Below are positions 1 to 6,885 of a stretch of DNA of 32,000 nucleotides, in pieces; position 1 is the stretch's first letter, and each line of letters opens with the position of its first letter. This DNA is from Aeropyrum pernix K1 (GTDB lineage Archaea; Thermoproteota; Thermoprotei_A; Sulfolobales; Acidilobaceae), in contig NC_000854.2 in NCBI RefSeq assembly GCF_000011125.1, positions 1,380,001-1,412,000 on the forward strand, read 5' to 3'. The position numbers and the translations under genes are program-made. Below the pieces are notes generated by a model. That model made no database searches. It was given only the letters and a program-made list of their open reading frames with translations, and had not been told where the DNA came from.

Positions 1-78
1 GAACCTCTTGCCCCTGCCAAGCTTGAGAGACTTGTCTATAGCCTCCTCTATGCTGGCGAGCACCGTTTCCTGCGACAA
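1..78 (-). CDS. rpl1: 50S ribosomal protein L1 (uL1), first 26 codons only; gene runs off the left window edge
   Basis: The minus-strand frame from TTG at 78-76 reads LSQETVLASIEEAIDKSLKLGRGKRF, a typical archaeal L1 N-terminus. A GGGGGTG SD-like motif lies just upstream. It sits directly downstream of L11, as in the conserved cluster. It is absent from the ORF track because it is truncated. Confidence 0.7.
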   Translation of the reverse strand, partial: MSQETVLASIEEAIDKSLKLGRGKRF

Positions 79-123
79 GCATCACACCCCCTATTGGCCT
101 AGAACAGCATAGGGGATATATTA

Positions 124-450
124 TTAGCCTTCCGCCTCCTCCCACTTCTCCTCGTACTTGGCTAGGACTGCGTCGTAAACACCCTCATCAACCTGTCTCG
201 TAACTTCCTTGGGGTCCTTGCCGTCTACGGTTACACCTATACTCCTGGCCGAGCCTAGTATGGTCTTAACAGCTGCCTTCAGCGTCTTCGCGAGCAGGTC
301 CGGCTTCTTCTCGATGGCAATCTCAACAATCTTCTCGAAGGGTAGGTCCCCTATCTTCTGGTGGATAGGATCCCCGCTGGGCGCCTTAGCGCTCACCGCC
401 TTCAGCAGCAGCTCGGTGGTGGAGGGCTTCACCTGGCTTCCCTTTACCAT
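124..450 (-). CDS. rpl11: 50S ribosomal protein L11 (uL11), C-terminal rRNA-binding domain only (108 aa)
   Basis: [42 protein letters not shown] and the acidic tail KWEEAEG match the C-terminal domain of archaeal L11. The ATG is preceded by GAGGGTG. An in-frame TAG lies at 474-472. The N-terminal domain is not encoded here (see findings). Confidence 0.85.
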   Translation of the reverse strand: MVKGSQVKPSTTELLLKAVSAKAPSGDPIHQKIGDLPFEKIVEIAIEKKPDLLAKTLKAAVKTILGSARSIGVTVDGKDPKEVTRQVDEGVYDAVLAKYEEKWEEAEG

Positions 451-532
451 AACGCTTACACCCTCAGAGAGCTAGAGTCGTACCTAGGGTTAAATGCGTA
501 AACAAGCCGGGGCGTCGCCGGGTGGCTCGGGC

Positions 533-991
533 TTACTCCTCCACGGGCCTGACCTCGTCGATGGGTATAGTGGCGGTGGCTCTGAAGAGCGGCTCGAGCA
601 GGGATACAGTGACCTGGCCCTTTGACTGGTTAACGTCTATAACCCTAGCCTTCATGCCCTTGAACGCTCCAGCAACTATCTCGACAACCTGGCCTGGCTT
701 CAGTGCGGGTATCTCCACCTCAGGCTTTACGAGTTTCATGACCTCCTCGAACTTGAGTATGAGGGGCCTCCTCCGCTTTACATGTCTGAGCCCCCTGGTA
801 GCATCGTACACGTCGCCAGGGTCGTGCGCCTCAAGTATAACATAGCCTTTTATCCGGGGGGGCACTATTATGCTCCTGATGTCCAGTCCTAGGGCTCTCG
901 CCCTCTCCGCTATTATAGTGGCTACGTTGACTTCGGCACCGCTTGTGACTAGTATGGCGTAGAACCTAGCGTCAACACCTCCCTCCAACAC
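533..991 (-). CDS. spt5: Transcription elongation factor Spt5 (NusG homolog)
   Basis: 152 aa with an NGN domain followed by a KOW motif (GQVVEIVAGAFKGMKARV). The GTG start lies 3 nt after the secE stop. It occupies the conserved position between secE and L11. Confidence 0.9.
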   Translation of the reverse strand: MLEGGVDARFYAILVTSGAEVNVATIIAERARALGLDIRSIIVPPRIKGYVILEAHDPGDVYDATRGLRHVKRRRPLILKFEEVMKLVKPEVEIPALKPGQVVEIVAGAFKGMKARVIDVNQSKGQVTVSLLEPLFRATATIPIDEVRPVEE

Positions 992-994
992 CTC

Positions 995-1177
995 TCACCC
1001 CGAAGTCAGGATTATATAGCCTAGGTGTATCAGGTATCCTATCCCGCCTACTAGAGCAAACCCCAGCAGGTTTAGTTTTAGGAGCAGCGAGTACTCCTCC
1101 TCATCCGGCTTCCTGGCCAGGGTCAGTATACGGCGCCAGGCTACTATGTACTCTCTAGCAATGTCGACTATACCCAA
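995..1177 (-). CDS. secE: Preprotein translocase subunit SecE / Sec61-gamma
   Basis: 60 aa with a single C-terminal TM helix (LLGFALVGGIGYLIHLGYIIL) after a charged KPDEEEY segment. Its position upstream of spt5 is conserved. Confidence 0.8.
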   Translation of the reverse strand: MGIVDIAREYIVAWRRILTLARKPDEEEYSLLLKLNLLGFALVGGIGYLIHLGYIILTSG

Positions 1178-1200
1178 TACCCTGTGGCACCCCCCTAAGC

Positions 1201-1725
1201 CTAGGATCTTCTGAGCCTACTAAGCTTAATAGCCTCCTCAAGGGTTTTCCTCATATTCCTCCAGTGCGCCCCCTCCCAATACACCTTGCCACAGCGGGTG
1301 CAGACGTAGAACTTGTCTACAACCCTATATGTGGCCTCCGGCACCCTATCCCTCACTGCCTCCTTATCCACAGGCTCGAGAACGCCGTTGCAGATGGGGC
1401 ACCTGCTCCTCTCCGGCTCGAGCCTCAGGTCCAAGCCAGCCTTGGCTGAAAGCTCGGCGAGCCTCTCCTCTGTAGAGAGGGATTCTATGTAGATGGATTT
1501 TAAACCCATCTTCCTAGCCTTGCTGTGCAGCCATCTGTCCCTCGTTACGATAATCCTTCCAGAACTCTTAGCTATCCTGAGTATCTGCCAGTCCGAGTAC
1601 GTTCTAGAGTAGAGTGTATCATACCCCATTAGCCTAAGCCACTTAGCCAGGCTGCCGAGCATCGAATCTACTATGAACCTCGCCTCTCCAATCTCCTTAT
1701 CTCCCCTCCTGCCCACGGGTCTCAC
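1201..1725 (-). CDS. Mut7-C / DUF82 family PIN-like RNase with C-terminal zinc ribbon
   Basis: The N-terminal FIVDSMLGSLAKWLRLMGYD motif plus CPICN...CTRCGKVYWEGAHW zinc ribbon is the PF01927-type architecture. The start (GTG 1725 or GTG 1716) is uncertain. Confidence 0.7.
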   Translation of the reverse strand: MRPVGRRGDKEIGEARFIVDSMLGSLAKWLRLMGYDTLYSRTYSDWQILRIAKSSGRIIVTRDRWLHSKARKMGLKSIYIESLSTEERLAELSAKAGLDLRLEPERSRCPICNGVLEPVDKEAVRDRVPEATYRVVDKFYVCTRCGKVYWEGAHWRNMRKTLEEAIKLSRLRRS

Positions 1726-1822
1726 CGTCCAAACGGGCGAGAGTTGAAGGATACGTGCCTAGGGGGTACCGAGGTAGTTGGAGGTGGCAGTTGGTGATGA
1801 GGCTGGAACTGCGGTTGAGGAG

Positions 1823-2665
1823 TTAGCTACTCTTTTTTGTTAACAGGAAGTTGGCGAGTTCTAGACCGCTTGTGAAGCCCACCGGCTTCTCGCTATCCAC
1901 AACTACCACGGCTCTGTACCTCTTCTCCAACATCTTCTCAGCCGCCTCAGCGAGGCTTGCATCAGGCGTCACTACAGGTGGCCTCATCCTTATAGCGTCG
2001 GCTACTATCACGTATTTCAGAGGGGTATGCCTCTTGGGCTCTCCCCTGGCGAGGTTGTAGAAGCTCTTTATAATTGCCATCAGCTCGTCTAGACCTACTA
2101 CTCCGACAAAGCGGCCTTCATCCATGACCGGTATAACGCTTATGTCATATTCGTATAGTAGCTGCCTTACGTGGAGTATCCTTGTCTGTAGGTTGACGCT
2201 GACTAGAAAAGTCCTCATAACATCCCTAACACTAGTGTCCTGGGAGATCTCGAGGTCCTTAACCAGCCTGGCTAGCTCAAACCTCGTTATACCCCCCTCT
2301 ACAACACCCCCCGCGCCAACCACGGGGACGCTGGTGAACATCCCGTTAGCCATCGTCTCAAGAGCATGTGACACCTCTCTACCGACCTCAACATACTTTA
2401 CCGGCTCGTTCATGAAACTGCTGCCATGCAGCCCGCCTATATACGCCTGCTTAGTCCTAACAGTGGCAATTTTATCCAGTATATCGCGGAACGTTAGAAC
2501 CCCCCTTATAGAATTGCCCTCCGTGAGGAAAGCCCTGTCGATCTTAGCCTTCTCGACAGCCTTCAGTATCTCCGCCAGCGAGAAATCCTTATCTAACACG
2601 GGAACCTCTTTACCAGCAACCTCCTCGACAGGAGTTGATAGCAGTTGTGCTACACTACTGGTCAT
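1823..2665 (-). CDS. CBS domain-containing protein (tandem CBS pairs)
   Basis: Repeated CBS-like segments are present (e.g. VSVNLQTRILHVRQLLYEYDISVIPVMDEGRFVGVVGLDEL and RPPVVTPDASLAEAAEKMLEKRYRAVVVVD). I placed the start at ATG 2665, which has a GGGGT SD-like motif 7 nt upstream. The ORF stays open to GTG 2686. Confidence 0.8.
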   Translation of the reverse strand: MTSSVAQLLSTPVEEVAGKEVPVLDKDFSLAEILKAVEKAKIDRAFLTEGNSIRGVLTFRDILDKIATVRTKQAYIGGLHGSSFMNEPVKYVEVGREVSHALETMANGMFTSVPVVGAGGVVEGGITRFELARLVKDLEISQDTSVRDVMRTFLVSVNLQTRILHVRQLLYEYDISVIPVMDEGRFVGVVGLDELMAIIKSFYNLARGEPKRHTPLKYVIVADAIRMRPPVVTPDASLAEAAEKMLEKRYRAVVVVDSEKPVGFTSGLELANFLLTKKSS

Positions 2666-2731
2666 GGTCCAACCCCACTTATACACTCAAGACTCCGGGG
2701 AAATATAGTTCGAGGCCGGAGGGGCAGTTGC

Positions 2732-3484
2732 TTGCGGGTTGTTGTAGGGACCTGCGGATTCCAGAAGTCCAGGAAAATGCACTACAAGCTTCTCGACGCC
2801 GTTGAAGTCCAGCAGACCTTCTACGACCCGCCCCCCAGGAGTAGGCTGGATAGCTGGAGGAGTGAGGCTCCCGAGGACTTCGAGTTTACCGTTAAGGCTT
2901 GGATGCTTGTCACGCATGGCTACAATCCCCGTTTATGGAGGAGGCTGAAGAGGAGGGTTGCAGGCGATAGGAGCGCGTACGGCGGCTTCAAGCTCACCAG
3001 AGAGAATCTGTGGGCGTGGAGTGTAACCCTGGAGGCAGCAGAGGCCCTCAAGGCTAGGATCATCGTCGTCCAAACGCCGGCCTCATTTGAAGCATCTATA
3101 GAAAACTCGGAGAGGATAGTGGAGTTTTTCAACAAGGCGGAGAGAGGGGGTTTCATAATAGCGTGGGAGCCTAGGGGGGCATGGTGGGAGAATCCTAATC
3201 TCCTTGCAGAAACCGCCAGGAAGGCGGGCCTCGTCATAGCTGGTGACGTTCTCAGGGGGAGACTGCCTCCCGATGAGCAGGAGCTGCTTTACGCAAGGCT
3301 TCACGGCCTGGGCGGGGGTGAGGTAAACTATAAATATAAATATACAGACGATGATCTGAAGAGGCTGGCCACTACGATTTGTGGAGGCTTGTGGAGCGAG
3401 GCATATGTGATGTTCAACAACGTATACTCCTTCGACGATGCTCTAAGGTTTAAACAGGTGCTGAGAGAAGCGTGCAAGCAGTAG
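2732..3484 (+). CDS. DUF72 (UPF0759) family protein
   Basis: LRVVVGTCGF...LDAVEVQQTFYDPP...PEDFEFTVKAW..TH matches the DUF72 N-terminal pattern (IGTSGW ... VEIN-TFY ... F-F-VK). TTG 2732 is preceded by GGAGGGG. The track ORF begins at TTG 2645 but would then overlap the divergent CBS gene. Confidence 0.75.
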   Translation: MRVVVGTCGFQKSRKMHYKLLDAVEVQQTFYDPPPRSRLDSWRSEAPEDFEFTVKAWMLVTHGYNPRLWRRLKRRVAGDRSAYGGFKLTRENLWAWSVTLEAAEALKARIIVVQTPASFEASIENSERIVEFFNKAERGGFIIAWEPRGAWWENPNLLAETARKAGLVIAGDVLRGRLPPDEQELLYARLHGLGGGEVNYKYKYTDDDLKRLATTICGGLWSEAYVMFNNVYSFDDALRFKQVLREACKQ

Positions 3485-3687
3485 CCCGGCGGGCTAAGCG
3501 TTATCGCCTCTTACAAGCAATAAACCATACACGGCCTTAACCGATGAACCGCGGCATCCGCGGCGGGCTACAATCAGGAGGGAGCCCGTTGGGGTAGGCC
3601 GCGGCGAGGGATGATGGCTTACACGCTTACACCCTTAAGTTGTACAGAGCCTAGCAGCATAGTGGCGGATAGGAGGTTGGAAAGCCG

Positions 3688-3924
3688 ATGCCCAGGGGTG
3701 TCTTGAGGTGGCTCGCCTGCAGCATGTGTAGCAGGAGCCCAGCGGCGTATGAGTGTGGAGGCTATCATCTATGCGGCCACTGCTTCCAGCTACTAGGTGC
3801 TTACCTCAGGTGTGGAGGGGGGAGGGCTAAGCCTAGGAGGACGGATGTTGATGTGGAGCTGCTGGAGTCTGTTAGGCAGGCGAAAGTGAGAAAAGCTAGG
3901 CGCCGACCAACACCTACGCGGTAG
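3688..3924 (+). CDS. Small Cys-rich (zinc-finger-like) protein with basic C-terminal tail, function unknown
   Basis: 78 aa with CSMC-x8-C-x5-CGHC spacing followed by an Arg/Lys-rich tail. The ATG is preceded by GGAGGT about 10 nt upstream. I do not recognise the family. Confidence 0.4.
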   Translation: MPRGVLRWLACSMCSRSPAAYECGGYHLCGHCFQLLGAYLRCGGGRAKPRRTDVDVELLESVRQAKVRKARRRPTPTR

Positions 3925-3947
3925 CCGGGAGCCGAGCTCGGCATAAC

Positions 3948-4703
3948 CTAGCCAGCTAGGCTGGGCGCCATGTACAGCTCCATCCTCTCGCCGTTCGGGA
4001 AAGTATACTCGATCTTCATGGGGTAGTCGCTTGCGAAAGAGACTTTCACGCTCTCCGCAGCTCCCACGGGCTTCGTGGCGATCTCAAGCACCTGCCTAGA
4101 ATATATAGACTTAGCGTCCTCCTCAACCTCTAGGCTCAAAAGCACGTCACCAGGCTTCATGACCCACTCATACTCCTTCTCCTCCGCCTGGCTCCTAACG
4201 ACTACCTGGCCCTCGCTGGCCTCGAACTCCGCGAAGTCTCCTACAACCTTTACATCCTGGATCATGGCTTTCAAGTCGTCGGTCAGTATGGTGAAGGATA
4301 CCGTGGGCTCTAGCTTGAGCCTCCTCATCTCCTCGGCTCCAACAGAAGTTGCGGGAACAAGGAATTTTCTCGAGAACCCTAGTTTTCTATCCCTCAGCTC
4401 CACCTCGAGGGCCTGCTCCTCCGCATTCCACTGAAAGATTATGTCGTCGTTCCTCGTAGCCCTTTTAGAGATCTTGTTCAGCTCGTCTGTCCTGAGGACT
4501 ACCCTCATCTCCTCCTCAACCATATACTCCTCGAAGCTTAGGGAAGGCATCTCCAATATAGCCAGGCTAGTCTTGTCTGGGCTCATTATCCACGCCCTCA
4601 AACCGTCTAGAGAGAACTCGAAGACGCCCTCGTCGTTTATCTTAGCCAGGGTCTGGGCTATATACTTGAACTTAGACGAGGCAGTGTATACTAGTCTGAA
4701 CAC
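3948..4703 (-). CDS. pcn: DNA polymerase sliding clamp PCNA
   Basis: 251 aa starting MFRLVY...[42 protein letters not shown]. Length and two-domain pattern are typical of crenarchaeal PCNA paralogs. Confidence 0.9.
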
Positions 4704-4820
4704 TTGTGAACACCCCCTGCCTAGCTAGGGATACACACTCACACAATCTCCACTAGTGTAGGGTGAAGCCGCTAGGATATATAACGTGGATATCTCGGAT
4801 CTAAACTCTGGGTGCGAAGT

Positions 4821-5216
4821 ATGGCGGATAAGGGTGTTGTGGAGATTATCGTCGACCTGGGTAAGTACAAGTACGTCGAGCTAGAAGCTTCGGAGGCTGA
4901 AAGGCTCCTCAAAGAGGTGACGCGGAGGCTTGGCTTCGAGTCGCAGGACGCTAGCGAGACCTACAGGATAATAAGGAATTTCGACGCGTTCTACGACATG
5001 GCGAAGAAGAAGTTTAAAGACTACATAGTACCCTCGAAGAGCATGAACGACATGATACTTGGCAAAGTAATAGTTGACAAGGTAAAGCTAGTCAAGGAAG
5101 GCGACAAAAGGATAGTTGGCATACACTTCGACAGGAGGATAAGCGAGGATACTCTGGCTGAGATACTAAAGAACATGGGATACCAGGTCTCTATAAAGAG
5201 GCTGGAGATAGCTTAA
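4821..5216 (+). CDS. Hypothetical protein (about 132 aa), divergent from PCNA
   Basis: Clean ORF with Lys/Glu-rich, non-shadow-like composition. ATG 4821 is preceded by GGTG (4811-4814); the track ORF starts at GTG 4812. I do not recognise the family. Confidence 0.6.
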   Translation: MADKGVVEIIVDLGKYKYVELEASEAERLLKEVTRRLGFESQDASETYRIIRNFDAFYDMAKKKFKDYIVPSKSMNDMILGKVIVDKVKLVKEGDKRIVGIHFDRRISEDTLAEILKNMGYQVSIKRLEIA

Positions 5217-5357
5217 CCAAGCCGGTTTTCCTAGGGCTCCTCCTCGGTAGGGCAAGGCAGTGTTATTCTAGGAAAGCCGGGGCCCTCCAGGCCCTCACGG
5301 GTAAACGGGCAACATGATATAATGTGTTGAGGAAGGAGGTTGCGGGTTTCCCACATA

Positions 5358-5807
5358 CTATTTAGAACTCTTTTTGGACTTGCTGGACTTGCTTTTGCTT
5401 TTAGACTTTCCCCCAGAAGCCTTCTTGGACTTAGACTTAGTTTTCTGGGCTACGGCCTTTTTCTTCTCCTTCTTCTTAGCCCTGGATTTAGCCCTTTTCT
5501 TGACCGGTTTCCTAGTCTGTAGTAGCACCTCTTCAATACCCTCTGTGGATAGGAAGGCGAGGGCCTCGCTCACTGTTGCCTCGCCCCTTGCAACGGCCTC
5601 AAGCGTGTCAGCTACCTTCAGCATCACATCAATAAGCTCGGGCTTCGTTATGTCGAAAACGTATGCAACCTCTTCCTCAGCCTCCTCGGCCTCCTCGACA
5701 GCCTCCTCAGCACCAGCCTCCTCAGTAACAAGCTCCAGGCTCCCCGTCTCCTCCTCGGCTACAGCCTCTTCCTCCCTCTCAACCTCTTCCGACAATAGGA
5801 GCCGCAC
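5358..5807 (-). CDS. Acidic N-terminus / helical core / Lys-Ser-rich tail protein; possible RNA polymerase subunit Rpo13 homolog
   Basis: 149 aa in three parts: a Glu/Ala-rich N-terminus, a central helical segment (ITKPELIDVMLKVADTLEAVARGEATVSEALAFL), and a C-terminal KKRAKSRAKKKEKKK...KSKSKSKSSKSKK tail. This tripartite layout resembles crenarchaeal Rpo13. The coding call is more secure than the functional call. Confidence 0.45.
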   Translation of the reverse strand: MRLLLSEEVEREEEAVAEEETGSLELVTEEAGAEEAVEEAEEAEEEVAYVFDITKPELIDVMLKVADTLEAVARGEATVSEALAFLSTEGIEEVLLQTRKPVKKRAKSRAKKKEKKKAVAQKTKSKSKKASGGKSKSKSKSSKSKKSSK

Positions 5808-5831
5808 CCTTAAGGTGGATAGGCTTCAAGC

Positions 5832-6740
5832 CTATTCAACTCTTTCCACACCCGTCTTGCGATCGCGGGGTACTACCACTAGCACCTCACCCCTGCAGCC
5901 GTAGTAGACCAGCTCAGCCCCAAGCTCAATCAGCCTTCTCACACTCCACGACTCTCCCTCGAGAGTCCCGTAGGACTCCCTTGTAGCGAACGCCTCGCCC
6001 CCTACTAGAGGCTCGCCTACGGCGCATGCCACCACTCTACCGTCACCCAGGACCTCAAGCCCCCTTGAAGGCCAGGTCCTGGCTATGACGAGAACTAGGT
6101 CGCCCTCGACACTACGACCACTGCATGAGTAGCAGTAGGGCTTGAACGAGGCTGCAAGAGTTGCCGCCAGGAGCGATGCGGGGCCTAGTATAGACGCGAG
6201 ACCCAGTACAACACCTATAATCCTGTTCCTAGCGAATGGGGAGAAGACTACAGACGCTAAGGCAGCGCACGCTACAGCCAGCCATGGAGGCAGGGATAGC
6301 TGTTGGGGATGAAACCCTAGCCATAATGCCGTAGCGAAGCCTAGGGCAGTAGCCAGGGCTGCAGGGCTGAGCCTACCCGCAGTAACCACCGCCTCTATAG
6401 ATGGGTCGACATAGGGTCCTTCCTGCCCGGGCCTTGCAAGAACTCTAGCAACTGCCGCTGCAAGGAGGGAGACACCAGCGTAGACCGAAGGGTTCAACGG
6501 TATCTCGCCGTCCTTGGGCCAGAGGTAGAGAGGAAGGATTAGGGTTGAGAAGGCCGCTATAATACTGTTTGAGACCCTGTAGACAATGGCGCCCAGAAGC
6601 CAATAGACTGCCGTTAGACCGATGAACACCGTGTCCCCCAGGCCTTGGGCTGCTGCTATGAATAAAGGTGATAACACCGACACACCTATAAGGGAGGGTT
6701 TCAGATACCATCTCTGGCAGCCTCTGGCAACACCAGCCAC
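5832..6740 (-). CDS. Polytopic membrane protein with about 100-aa soluble C-terminal domain, function unknown
   Basis: Several hydrophobic helices are followed by a CYSCSG...YYGC soluble tail. I chose GTG 6740 as the start because it leaves a short R/K-rich N-terminus and a TTATATGG box about 36 nt upstream. The track ORF extends to 7031 across the divergent helicase start, which looks spurious. Confidence 0.55.
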   Translation of the reverse strand: MAGVARGCQRWYLKPSLIGVSVLSPLFIAAAQGLGDTVFIGLTAVYWLLGAIVYRVSNSIIAAFSTLILPLYLWPKDGEIPLNPSVYAGVSLLAAAVARVLARPGQEGPYVDPSIEAVVTAGRLSPAALATALGFATALWLGFHPQQLSLPPWLAVACAALASVVFSPFARNRIIGVVLGLASILGPASLLAATLAASFKPYCYSCSGRSVEGDLVLVIARTWPSRGLEVLGDGRVVACAVGEPLVGGEAFATRESYGTLEGESWSVRRLIELGAELVYYGCRGEVLVVVPRDRKTGVERVE

Positions 6741-6885
6741 GGCTACAGCACTCTCTAGCTCGCTAGGCCTAGACCATATAAGATGGGTATGAGGGTTAGT
6801 GTCTGTTAAGCCCTCTAGCTTCCGTTTAGATATTGTATGGCTGACTTTGTTTGTACGAGAAAGCAGGGCTACCGAGTGGTGGGCT

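Noticed and set aside
1741-1821. GUGAUGA (1793-1799) as a possible C box of a C/D sRNA, plus four loosely repeated GTTG(R)(R)G motifs in the CBS/Mut7-C spacer.
   Set aside because: No CUGA D box or C'/D' pair lies at a suitable distance on that strand, and there is no terminal stem. The repeats are short, degenerate and purine-rich, like the SD-type motifs common in this genome.
2124-2708. Long ORFs antisense to or out of frame with confident genes, e.g. 2124-2708(+), 4075-4434(+), 5374-5904(+), 10259-10933(-), 17572-18201(-), 25586-25984(-), 26712-27245(-), 31157-31687(-).
   Set aside because: Each lies entirely within a gene that has clear family motifs on the other strand or frame. Their translations are Ser/Leu/Pro/Thr/Arg-rich low-complexity strings typical of shadow ORFs in GC-rich DNA. 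No start-site signals were seen.
3541-3625. CGAUGAA and GAUGAUGG motifs in the 3485-3687 spacer as C-box candidates.
   Set aside because: No downstream CUGA is present on the plus strand. On the minus strand the only CUGA is not preceded by a UGAUGA-like box.
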